Part shown: positions 35,886-44,602 of the stretch, one piece after another
Numbering within the stretch: position 1 is the first letter of the stretch
Layout: each line of letters begins with the position of its first letter
Notes under the pieces: generated by a model
Told to the model about the DNA's origin: nothing
The model's input: the letters and a program-made list of their open reading frames with translations, nothing else
Database searches by the model: none
Made by a program: the position numbers and the translations under genes
Assembly: GCA_017427285.1 (NCBI GenBank)
Contig: JAFRTE010000046.1
Location: 7,401-71,400 of the forward strand
Reading direction: 5' to 3'
Length of the DNA stretch: 64,000 nt
Source of the DNA: Clostridia bacterium
GTDB taxonomy: Bacteria; Bacillota; Clostridia; Oscillospirales; UBA644

Positions 35886-38057
35886 ATGTCGGTAAATTAC
35901 AATAACGAAACAAAGACATTCACGCTTACAGGCAAAAATCTCTGCTACGCTTTCTGGATAAACGATCTCGGATATCCCGAACATCTTTATTTCGGCGCTC
36001 CGATAGGTTCGGACGATCTGCGCTTCACCCGTGCTTTCGGCGCAACTTCTATGGCAGCGACCCCTCCTGGGATAGACAACGTTCCCTCGTATAACGCTTA
36101 TCCATCCGAGCTTTCGTTTTTCGGTACGGGAGATTACCGCGAACCCGCAGTCCAGGTCGTAAATCCTTCAGGAGACCGCCTTTGCGAACTTCTTTTCGAC
36201 TCTTATGAGGTCGTTTCGCTCAAACCGAAAATATCCGGAATGCCTTCTCTTGACGGCGGCGAAACGCTTATAATCCATCTTAAAGACCGACTAAACCGTT
36301 TTGCGGCGGATTTATACTATACCGTCTACGACGACTGCTCTGTTATAGCTAGAAGAGCAGTTTATAAAAATCTCGGCGCGTCGGAAATAAGACTTGAAAG
36401 AGCATATTCTTTTTCTCTCGCTCTGCCTGACCGCAGCTACGAAATGCTCTCGCTTTACGGCGTATGGGCAAAGGAACGTCATATCGACCGTATTCCTCTT
36501 CATCACGGCGTAGTTTCGATAGACTCGAAACGCACGACCTCTTCCGCAACGCTTAACCCGTTTATGGCATTGCTCCGCCCAGATACTTCGGAAAGCCACG
36601 GAGAAGCAATTGGCGTAAATCTCGTTTACAGTTCGTCTTACGTCCTTAAGGCCGAAGTCAATCCCGACGGCACAACGCAGCTGACGGGAGGAATTAACGA
36701 TTTTGATTTCAACTGGAAACTTGCTCCGGGCGAAGAATTCGAAACGCCCGAAGCGGTTATCGCATATTCCGACGAGGGCATCGGAGGCATGAGCCGCGCT
36801 TTTCACGACGCTTACCGCGAACACCTTATCAATAAACGCTTCGTAAAATCGCCTCGTCCGCTGCTTATAAACAACTGGGAGGCAACGTATTTCAACTTTG
36901 ACGTTCCCAAGCTCTGCGCCATTGCCGACGCAGTAAACGGACTCGGTATAGACACCCTTGTCCTTGACGATGGCTGGTTCGGCAAACGAGACAACGATAC
37001 TTCGGGGCTCGGCGACTGGGTCGTAAATACCGAAAAACTTCACGGAGGGCTTAAAGCCATTATCGACCACGTCCACTCTCTCGGTATGAAGTTCGGTCTA
37101 TGGTTCGAGCCGGAGATGGTCAGCGAAGATTCCGACCTTTTCCGCGCGCATCCCGACTGGACAATCGGCGTTCCTGACAGAAAACGCTGCTACAGCCGTC
37201 ATCAGTTCGTGCTTGATCTAACGAGAAAAGACGTCCGCGACCATATCGTTAAGGCGGTAAGCGACATTATAGAAAACAATGAGATAGACTATGTTAAATG
37301 GGATTACAACCGCAACGTTACCGAGTCGTGGTCATACTGCCTCGAAGCGGAAAGACAGATGGAATTTGCCCATCGCTACGCTCTCGGTTTTTATGATATC
37401 TGCGAACGTATAGTAAACGGACATCCCGACGTCTTTTTTGAGGGCTGCTCGGGCGGCGGCGCAAGATTTGACCCTGCAGTACTGTATTATTTCCCGCAGA
37501 TATGGACAAGCGACGACTCAGACGCCGAGGAAAGGACAAAAATTCAGTACGGCACATCAGTTGTCTATCCGCTTTCGTCCATGTCGTGCCACGTTTCCGT
37601 ATGTCCCAATCATCAGACGAACCATACAACACCGTTTGAAACGCGCGCGATCATAGCGCATCTCGGCGCAACCGGCTATGAGCTTGACTCAACGAGATTT
37701 ACAGAAGAAGAAAAAGCCGCGGTAAAACGTCAGACAGAGGCATACAAAAAATCGGAGGATCTCGTTTTGACGGGCGATCTTTACCGTATAGACAGTCCGT
37801 TTGAAACGGAATTCTTTACCGAAGCGATAGTTGCAAAGGATAAATCAAAAGCGGAGCTTATCTGCTACCGCAGATTTTCATCAATCAATAACGAAATCAA
37901 GCGCGTAAAAATGGCGGGACTTGACCCGCAGGCGACATATCGCCTCGAAGAAAAAGGCATTGTTGCAAAGGGTTCAACGTTTATGAACGTCGGTTTTGCG
38001 CCCGATTTTCCGCGCCATGATTTCTATGCTTTAAAATACCATTTTACAGAGATCTGA
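35886..38057 (+). CDS. alpha-galactosidase (GH36)
   Basis: LINNWEATYFNFD, VLDDGWFGKRDNDTSGLGDW, KWDYNR, CSGGGARFD. 723 aa. Confidence 0.95.
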   Translation: MSVNYNNETKTFTLTGKNLCYAFWINDLGYPEHLYFGAPIGSDDLRFTRAFGATSMAATPPGIDNVPSYNAYPSELSFFGTGDYREPAVQVVNPSGDRLCELLFDSYEVVSLKPKISGMPSLDGGETLIIHLKDRLNRFAADLYYTVYDDCSVIARRAVYKNLGASEIRLERAYSFSLALPDRSYEMLSLYGVWAKERHIDRIPLHHGVVSIDSKRTTSSATLNPFMALLRPDTSESHGEAIGVNLVYSSSYVLKAEVNPDGTTQLTGGINDFDFNWKLAPGEEFETPEAVIAYSDEGIGGMSRAFHDAYREHLINKRFVKSPRPLLINNWEATYFNFDVPKLCAIADAVNGLGIDTLVLDDGWFGKRDNDTSGLGDWVVNTEKLHGGLKAIIDHVHSLGMKFGLWFEPEMVSEDSDLFRAHPDWTIGVPDRKRCYSRHQFVLDLTRKDVRDHIVKAVSDIIENNEIDYVKWDYNRNVTESWSYCLEAERQMEFAHRYALGFYDICERIVNGHPDVFFEGCSGGGARFDPAVLYYFPQIWTSDDSDAEERTKIQYGTSVVYPLSSMSCHVSVCPNHQTNHTTPFETRAIIAHLGATGYELDSTRFTEEEKAAVKRQTEAYKKSEDLVLTGDLYRIDSPFETEFFTEAIVAKDKSKAELICYRRFSSINNEIKRVKMAGLDPQATYRLEEKGIVAKGSTFMNVGFAPDFPRHDFYALKYHFTEI

Positions 38058-38059
38058 CT

Positions 38060-39178
38060 ATGATAGCAAACAAAGAAATACTTATCGATCTTTTCTGCCG
38101 CCTTGTATCGTGCGACAGTCCGTCTTACAACGAAAATGCGGTCAGAGACGCAGTTGTTTCGGAGCTTAACAGCCTCGGAATTGCCGTTGAAGAGGACTGC
38201 GCGGCGGAGATGATAGGCGGAAAATGCGGAAATCTTTACGCAAAAATCGACGGTGACCCGTCGCTTGAGCCGATACTTCTTTCCGCGCATCTTGATACGG
38301 TCGAACCGTCGCACGGCAAAAAGGCGGTCGTTCATCCGGACGGACTGATAACCTCCGCAAAAGACACTGTCCTCGGCGCAGACGACGCTGCGGGGCTCGC
38401 CTCGATAATTCACGCGGTAAAAAACGTTATCGAAAACGGCGTTTCACACCGTCCCGTCGAACTTGTTTTTGACGTCTGCGAGGAAAAATACTGCGTCGGC
38501 ATACAGAGATTTGACTATTCAAAGATCGATTCAAAACAGGTATATGTGCTTGACGTAGACGGCAGGGTAGGGCGCGCGGCTTTTCAGGCGCCGTCCATAG
38601 TGCAGTACAGGGCTGTTTTCAGGGGCAGAGCCGCTCATGCGGGATTTTCACCCGAGGAAGGGCTTCACGCCATAAAAACCGCAGCCGAAGCGATAAACGG
38701 CATCACCTGCGGAAGAACGGGTGATATGACTGTGAATATCGGCAGCATAAGCGGCGGTATAGCGGATAATATCGTCCCTCCCGAATGCACGGTAACGGGA
38801 GAGATACGCGGCTTTAACAATTGTGAAGTAACCGCAAAAACCGACGAGATAGGCGCGAAAATGAGATCCGTTGCCGAAAAAAACGGTCTTGGCTGCGATT
38901 TTTCGAAAACCGTAATTTGCAAAGCGTTCAAGACCGAAGAGGACAGCGAAATATGTCTGAATTACGCAAAGGCGTGTGAAAAAGCCGGAGTAAAGCCGGA
39001 GTTTATAAAAACTTACGGCGCTTCAACAAACAATCACTGGTCTGAATGGGGCTTTTGCGGCCTTGTTATAAGCTGCGGCATGAATAACTGCCATTCCGTT
39101 GAAGAATGGACAACCGCCGACGAGCTTTGCCGTTCCGCGGAGATCGTATACAATATAATTACGGACTGCAAAGGTTAA
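38060..39178 (+). CDS. M20 family metallopeptidase (PepT/tripeptidase-like)
   Basis: SAHLDTV, GADDAAG, CEE, AAHAG. The start is 2 nt after the GH36 stop. Confidence 0.8.
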   Translation: MIANKEILIDLFCRLVSCDSPSYNENAVRDAVVSELNSLGIAVEEDCAAEMIGGKCGNLYAKIDGDPSLEPILLSAHLDTVEPSHGKKAVVHPDGLITSAKDTVLGADDAAGLASIIHAVKNVIENGVSHRPVELVFDVCEEKYCVGIQRFDYSKIDSKQVYVLDVDGRVGRAAFQAPSIVQYRAVFRGRAAHAGFSPEEGLHAIKTAAEAINGITCGRTGDMTVNIGSISGGIADNIVPPECTVTGEIRGFNNCEVTAKTDEIGAKMRSVAEKNGLGCDFSKTVICKAFKTEEDSEICLNYAKACEKAGVKPEFIKTYGASTNNHWSEWGFCGLVISCGMNNCHSVEEWTTADELCRSAEIVYNIITDCKG

Positions 39179-39254
39179 AATCCTCAAGAAAAACAAAAAC
39201 CGACCCGAACAAAAACTGCCGGGTCGGTTTCTTTCTGTATTCAGTTTATATATT

Positions 39255-40658
39255 TCAGTTTTCAAACGTGCCCCAGACGGCTTCAGAGCCGCGAATGGCA
39301 GGCATTACATATTTATCGAATATCTCCGCAGCAGATTCTCTGTTGCTTTCGATGTAACTGCTTATCGATCCGTTGTAGGTGATAAATTCCTTGTATTTAG
39401 AGCCGATATTGCAGTTGTTGAAAAGATTGTCCCACGAAAGATACAATTTGTAGAAATTGTCGCAGTCACGCTCGTCAAAGAAATAATAGCGCGACATATG
39501 CTCTTTTATCTTTTCAAACGTTTCAAATCCCGTAAGTGGCTCGTAAAGCTTATCAAGTACGGTTGCCGTTGCTTCCGCATCGTGGGTAAGTACGGGGATA
39601 GTAATGCAGTTTCCGTAACCGGAAAATACCGAACAGGCAGAGCCCGGTTCGGCGTTCGGGCCGGTGGGATATATAAGCAGGGCGTAATTATTCAAACATT
39701 TCGATATATAAAAGTCTTCTTTTCCGAAAATGTATGGAGTACAGCACATTCCCGCCTCGCCTGCGTCGAATTTTTCAACGGTAGGAACAGGCAATGCGGT
39801 ATAAACCGCATAGGAAAGACTGCCTTTTAATATATCTCTTGCCTCTTCCATCGCGGCCGCCGCGGAATCGGAAGAAAAGCCGAAAACAAATTCTCCGTTT
39901 GCGTCTCTTCCAACCATACGGTCGCCGTTTGATCTTACAAACATTTCAACGTATGCGCTGTCGGTTGTTGAAAATCCGTAGATTTTCACTTCGCCGCTTT
40001 CGATTACGGTATAGTCTTCTATACATTTGCGAAACTGCGCCCAGGTCCATGCGTCAGTTTCAACGTATTCGCGCGGATCGGGCAGCGCAAGCTGAGAAAC
40101 TATATCCTCGTTTACAACGAGAGGATATCCGAACTGCGACTGCGTAAGCAGGGGCCATGATATGGGAAAAACGCCGTAAACGTCGTCCTCGTAGCATAAT
40201 GCGAAAAGATGCTTTCTGTTTCCCCATTTCTCGCTGTCGTTGTAATCGATTATCCCTCCCAGCGATTTTATTCCGGTAAGGACTCCCGCACGGATCGCTT
40301 CCGTCGCCGAATTTGTGTTTCCGCACAGGATATCGCATAAAAACGTACCGGCATAGGAAGAGGCGATAATTTCCCCGAAGCCGTATCCGCCGTAAACGAT
40401 ATCCAGCTTGCAGTTGAGCTCTTTTTCCGTTCGGTTTACGGCTTCTTTTGCAAGATCGGCAAATTCCGTGCCGATCTCGTAACCGAGAACGGTTTCGTCC
40501 GAATATGCCGTTGCATATACTACCGTTTTTCCGCCGAGATCGGTGCCTACAGAAGAAAATGCGTTGAAATCCATGTCAAAAACCTCAACGGGCGCCGAAC
40601 ATGAGCATACGGAGAGCATAATCGCGGCAATAGTCAGTAATTCTACGATCTTTTTCAT
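39255..40658 (-). CDS. SBP-like lipoprotein paralog P8 (divergent)
   Basis: MKKIVELLTIAAIMLSVCSCSA. YGVFPISWPLL, DPREYVETDAWTWAQF, LLIYPTGPNAEPG. 47 nt downstream of P9. Confidence 0.8.
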   Translation of the reverse strand: MKKIVELLTIAAIMLSVCSCSAPVEVFDMDFNAFSSVGTDLGGKTVVYATAYSDETVLGYEIGTEFADLAKEAVNRTEKELNCKLDIVYGGYGFGEIIASSYAGTFLCDILCGNTNSATEAIRAGVLTGIKSLGGIIDYNDSEKWGNRKHLFALCYEDDVYGVFPISWPLLTQSQFGYPLVVNEDIVSQLALPDPREYVETDAWTWAQFRKCIEDYTVIESGEVKIYGFSTTDSAYVEMFVRSNGDRMVGRDANGEFVFGFSSDSAAAAMEEARDILKGSLSYAVYTALPVPTVEKFDAGEAGMCCTPYIFGKEDFYISKCLNNYALLIYPTGPNAEPGSACSVFSGYGNCITIPVLTHDAEATATVLDKLYEPLTGFETFEKIKEHMSRYYFFDERDCDNFYKLYLSWDNLFNNCNIGSKYKEFITYNGSISSYIESNRESAAEIFDKYVMPAIRGSEAVWGTFEN

Positions 40659-40705
40659 AACAATCTCCCGAAATATTATAGGTTATTTGACCGTATTGCG
40701 GATTG

Positions 40706-42124
40706 TCAGCCGAAAATCTCCTCCGCAGTAGTTTCCATATTAACAACGTATTTTACTCTGTTCTGTTCGTCTGCATCCGCATATGCGTCAAGAGCTTCCC
40801 TCATCGTTCTGCTGCTGTTCATATTGATGTAAACGTCCGTACATGCTTCGTGTCTGTAATTGTAAAGTACGGTTTTATACATATCCACAAAGTTGTAAAC
40901 GTCTCTGTCGTCAAAGAAATACTGCTTTCTCAGATAATCGATAATATCTTCTTCATTTTCATATCCGGGGAGCGGTTCGTATATCGCGTTGAGCAATACT
41001 GCGGACATAGCGGGGTCTTTTGCGCAAAGAGACGGGATTGCTGTTGAAAATCTCGTTGTTGTTATCGTCGAGCCGGTGTTTGCAACGCTTCCGTTAGGAC
41101 CGTGCGGGAACGGAACTACGCCGAAATTATCCATGTTGAATACTATCGAGTTGTCTGTTCCGCAAAGGTCTGTGCCGTTCATCAGGGTGAGGACCGATTT
41201 TCCGTCAAGAAATGCCTGCAGCATATTCGTCCAGTTATTGTTCAGGTCGATATTGACGTATGTGGAATACTCGCCGAAAGTCCAGTTCCATGCAGTCTGC
41301 ATAGCTTCAAACGTGATGGGGGAGTGGAGACTGAGCTGGAACTCGCCCTTGTCGTCTTTAATAATAACGGGTTCGCCGTTTGTTGTATGCATCGTTCTGA
41401 AAAGCCAGTGGATAGTTGTCTGAAGCGCCTTTACCTCGTCGCCTGCATCGTTTATATGATTGTATATGGGCATAAGCTCTTCAAGTTTGCTCCACGTCCA
41501 CTCGTCGCGCTCAACAAACTCTCTCGGGTCTGTCTGGCTCAGACGGCTGATGATCGTTTCGTTAACAACCATTGCTCCGTCGATCGAACGGTATTTCAGC
41601 AATGGCCATGCGGCCGGAATAACGCCGAAAAGACCTCCGTCCCAGCACAGCGGTTTAAGGTCTTCCTTCGTTCCCCATTTATCCGCTTTTGTATAATCGA
41701 TAATATCACCGAGATAAGTAAAGTCGTATAAATATCCCGCTCTTGCAAGATTTGCTATCGTGCTTGATTCAGACTGAGCGGCATCGTAAAGAATAAGTCC
41801 GGCGATAGAAGAGGACGTTATCAGGTCGGAAAGTCCCTGTCCCGAAGTGTTGAGTTTTATAACAACATTGTAAGTATCCTCAACGTCCTTCAGACGTCTT
41901 GAGGCAAGATCGGCAAATTCGGTGTTTACTACGTAACCGAAGTATTCTTCGCCCGTTGAATGCTCCTCGTTTCTCTGAACAAAAACGAACTCCGCGCCGC
42001 GGTAGTCGATACCCGTGATCTCCGTTGAATAATCGGGTATTATTTCCTGCTCCGCCTGCTGTCCGCACGAACAGAGAGCAAAAACGATAAAGAATACAAT
42101 AGCCATGGAAATAATCTTTTTCAT
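40706..42124 (-). CDS. SBP-like lipoprotein paralog P9 (divergent)
   Basis: MKKIISMAIVFFIVFALCSCGQ, then EIIPDY. FGVIPAAWPLL, DPREFVERDEWTWSKLEE, FGVVPFPHGPNGS. TTGACA-N17-TATAAT promoter upstream on the minus strand. Confidence 0.8.
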   Translation of the reverse strand: MKKIISMAIVFFIVFALCSCGQQAEQEIIPDYSTEITGIDYRGAEFVFVQRNEEHSTGEEYFGYVVNTEFADLASRRLKDVEDTYNVVIKLNTSGQGLSDLITSSSIAGLILYDAAQSESSTIANLARAGYLYDFTYLGDIIDYTKADKWGTKEDLKPLCWDGGLFGVIPAAWPLLKYRSIDGAMVVNETIISRLSQTDPREFVERDEWTWSKLEELMPIYNHINDAGDEVKALQTTIHWLFRTMHTTNGEPVIIKDDKGEFQLSLHSPITFEAMQTAWNWTFGEYSTYVNIDLNNNWTNMLQAFLDGKSVLTLMNGTDLCGTDNSIVFNMDNFGVVPFPHGPNGSVANTGSTITTTRFSTAIPSLCAKDPAMSAVLLNAIYEPLPGYENEEDIIDYLRKQYFFDDRDVYNFVDMYKTVLYNYRHEACTDVYINMNSSRTMREALDAYADADEQNRVKYVVNMETTAEEIFG

Positions 42125-42259
42125 ATCGATGTTCCTTTCCAGAATAGTTTTCAGTTATGATTCGCTGTTTGTATTATAATCTATTTTTTTGAATTTGTCA
42201 ATAAAAATATTGATAAAAACAGTCTGTATTTATTAATTATAACAACACGAGCAGCATTT

Positions 42260-42679
42260 TCATATCTTCGCTTCCGTTTCAGACCGTAAAAGATCGCTCA
42301 GCTTTTTGCCGTAAAAGAAATCGTGGATCATTTTATCGTATTCTGCCCACATAGGAAGCGTCTGACATTTTTCTTTTCTCGGACATTCGTTTTTGCTGTC
42401 CGCAAGGCATGCGACCGGGTAGAGCGGACCTTCGGTAATCTCGAGTATTTCGCCTACGTTATACTCTTCGGGTTTTCTGCAAAGCTTGTATCCTCCTCTC
42501 TTGCCGCTTGCGGCTTCGACAAGACCGCCTTCGACCATATCCTTTACAATGATCTCAAGATATTTTTTCGATATTTCCTGTCTTGCGGCAATATCTTTTA
42601 AAGGAATAAAACTGCCGTTTCCGTTTTCGGCAAGGTCGATCATCACGCGTATTGCGTATCTTCCTCTTGTGGAAATCAT
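42260..42679 (-). CDS. Rrf2 family transcriptional regulator (IscR/CymR-like, probable Fe-S ligands)
   Basis: MISTRGRYAIRVMIDLAE (wHTH). Cys cluster VACLADSKNECPRKEKCQ. Divergent from nifS-nifU. Confidence 0.9.
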   Translation of the reverse strand: MISTRGRYAIRVMIDLAENGNGSFIPLKDIAARQEISKKYLEIIVKDMVEGGLVEAASGKRGGYKLCRKPEEYNVGEILEITEGPLYPVACLADSKNECPRKEKCQTLPMWAEYDKMIHDFFYGKKLSDLLRSETEAKI

Positions 42680-42728
42680 TTAAAACGCCTCTTTTCTTTT
42701 TTTATTATATCATAAAGAAACGTGATAA

Positions 42729-42762
42729 GTCAATAGGTAAAAAAAATTTTTTACCTATTGAC
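42729..42762. promoter_or_regulatory. 34-bp perfect palindrome, candidate Rrf2 operator carrying both divergent -35 boxes
   Basis: GTCAATAGGTAAAAAA-AA-TTTTTTACCTATTGAC. The right arm provides TTGACA for nifS. The left arm provides TTGACT on the minus strand for the Rrf2 gene (18-nt spacer, TATAAT). Confidence 0.7.
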
Positions 42763-42786
42763 AATATAGGCGAATAGGTGTATAAT
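42758..42786 (+). promoter_or_regulatory. nifS-nifU promoter
   Basis: TTGACA (42758-42763), 17-nt spacer containing ATAGG..ATAGGT, TATAAT (42781-42786). Confidence 0.8.
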
Positions 42787-42819
42787 ATGGGCAGTAATCC
42801 TTTGAAAGGGGTTTGATAC

Positions 42820-44004
42820 ATGATTTATGCAGACAATGCAGCAACCACCAAAATGAGTGCAGCTGCGGTTAAAACTATGATATCGCTTGCCGAAGAGGCG
42901 TGGGGCAATCCTTCAAGCCTTTATTCTCACGGACAGCAGGCAAAAGAGGTCCTCGAAAAGGCGAGAGCCGATATAGCCGCCGTTATCGGCGCGGAGCCGA
43001 GAGAGATCTATTTCACTTCGGGCGGTAGCGAAGCGGATAATCAGGCGATAATATCTGCCGCGGCAGAGGGACGAAAGAAAGGAAAAATGCATATCGTTTC
43101 CTCCGCTTTTGAGCACCATGCCGTTTTGCACACGCTCGAAAAGCTGAGAAAGGAAGGGTTTGAGATAACTCTTCTGGACGTTCATACAAACGGACTTATC
43201 ATTCCTGCGGAAGCCGAAAAAGCTATACGCGAAGACACCTGCCTTGTTACCGTTATGTATGCAAACAATGAGATAGGCACAATTCAGCCCATAAAGGAAT
43301 TGGGCGAGATATGCAGAAAAAGAAACGTAACGTTTCATGTAGATGCGGTTCAGGCGGTGGGTAATATCCCCGTAAATGTCGTGAGCGACAATATAGATAT
43401 GCTTTCCGCATCGGCACATAAGTTTCACGGACCGAAAGGAACAGGTTTTCTGTATGCAAAGAAAGGGATACGCCTGACAAATCTCATAGAAGGCGGCGCT
43501 CAGGAGCGCGGAAAACGCGCAGGAACCGAAAATGTTCCGTCAATCGCCGCGATGGCGGAGGCTCTGAGAGAAGAAAACGCTAAAATGGGAAAAAAAGCCG
43601 CGTATCTCACGAAAATACGTGATAAAATCATAAACGGTCTTTCAGAAATACCGCATTCCGCGTTGAACGGAGATTTGCAGAAACGTCTTCCGGGCAACGT
43701 AAACTTCTGTTTTGAGGGTATCGAAGGCGAGTCTTTGCTGCTTCTTCTCGATGACAGAGGGATCTGCGCGTCGTCCGGCTCTGCATGCACGTCGGGTTCG
43801 CTCGATCCGAGCCATGTTCTTCTCGCTATAGGCAGAGTACACGATGTGGCTCACGGTTCTCTGCGGCTGAGCATCGGAGAAGACATTACGGACGGTGACG
43901 CGGATTATATTATAAAATCGGTAAAAGAAGTAGTTGAATATTTAAGAGGATTTTCTCCGATCTGGAGAGACCTTATTAACGGAAAGAAAGAGTTTATTTT
44001 ATAA
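42820..44004 (+). CDS. nifS: cysteine desulfurase
   Basis: PLP lysine in SASAHKFHGPKG, active-site SSGSACTSG, 394 aa. Confidence 0.95.
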   Translation: MIYADNAATTKMSAAAVKTMISLAEEAWGNPSSLYSHGQQAKEVLEKARADIAAVIGAEPREIYFTSGGSEADNQAIISAAAEGRKKGKMHIVSSAFEHHAVLHTLEKLRKEGFEITLLDVHTNGLIIPAEAEKAIREDTCLVTVMYANNEIGTIQPIKELGEICRKRNVTFHVDAVQAVGNIPVNVVSDNIDMLSASAHKFHGPKGTGFLYAKKGIRLTNLIEGGAQERGKRAGTENVPSIAAMAEALREENAKMGKKAAYLTKIRDKIINGLSEIPHSALNGDLQKRLPGNVNFCFEGIEGESLLLLLDDRGICASSGSACTSGSLDPSHVLLAIGRVHDVAHGSLRLSIGEDITDGDADYIIKSVKEVVEYLRGFSPIWRDLINGKKEFIL

Positions 44005-44016
44005 GGAGGCATAAAA

Positions 44017-44400
44017 ATGGCTTTATACAGCGAAAAAGTAATGGATCATTTCCGCAATCCCCGCAACGTCGGCATTATAGAGGACGCAAACGGAATAGGC
44101 GAGGTAGGCAACGCAAAATGCGGCGATATCATGAAAATGTATCTTAAAATAGAAGACGGTATAGTCAAAGACGTAAAGTTTGAAACTTTCGGATGCGGCA
44201 GCGCGATAGCTTCAAGCTCGATGGCAACCGAAATGATAAAAGGCAAACCTGTAAGCGAAGTAAAACAGCTTACAAACAAAGCGGTCGCGGAAGCGCTCGA
44301 CGGACTTCCCGACTACAAAATGCACTGCAGCGTTCTTGCGGAAGAAGCGATCAAGCTGGCCCTTGAGGACTATCAGAAAAGAACAGGCGAAGAAATTTGA
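44017..44400 (+). CDS. nifU: Fe-S cluster assembly scaffold protein
   Basis: GNAKCGD, FGCGSAIASSS, HCSVLAEEA (the three conserved Cys of IscU/NifU-N). Confidence 0.95.
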   Translation: MALYSEKVMDHFRNPRNVGIIEDANGIGEVGNAKCGDIMKMYLKIEDGIVKDVKFETFGCGSAIASSSMATEMIKGKPVSEVKQLTNKAVAEALDGLPDYKMHCSVLAEEAIKLALEDYQKRTGEEI

Positions 44401-44411
44401 AATTTTTGTGA

Positions 44412-44445
44412 ACCTATTGACATAGTAGGTAAATGATGCTATAAT
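44412..44445 (+). promoter_or_regulatory. promoter of the sulfur amino-acid operon with a copy of the ACCTATTGAC half-site
   Basis: ACCTATTGAC (44412-44421) is identical to the right arm core of the 42729-42762 palindrome. TTGACA (44417-44422), 17-nt spacer containing TAGGT, TATAAT (44440-44445). Confidence 0.75.
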
Positions 44446-44476
44446 GTCCGCAATCAGAAAAAAGGAGGCGCAAAAG

Positions 44477-44602
44477 ATGATCGGCTATACGACTTTAAAC
44501 GGAAATATCTTCATGTGTTGTCGAATGCTATGCTCCCGGGATCCTTCTTCGGAAGGGGCGTTCGATTGCCTGCAACTGCGCCTCGATAATATACGATGTT
44601 GA
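44477..44602 (+). CDS. candidate regulatory leader peptide, Cys/Met-rich (41 codons)
   Basis: AGGAGG (44463-44468), 8 nt, then ATG. Peptide MIGYTTLNGNIFMCCRMLCSRDPSSEGAFDCLQLRLDNIRC has 5 Cys and 3 Met, with MCCRMLC clustered. It lies in the roughly 250-nt leader of metY-cysK-cysE. Whether it is coding or regulatory is unproven. Confidence 0.4.
   Translation: MIGYTTLNGNIFMCCRMLCSRDPSSEGAFDCLQLRLDNIRC

Noticed and set aside
36312-37076. 254-aa ORF on the minus strand
   Set aside because: It is antisense to the GH36 alpha-galactosidase catalytic core. This is a shadow ORF.
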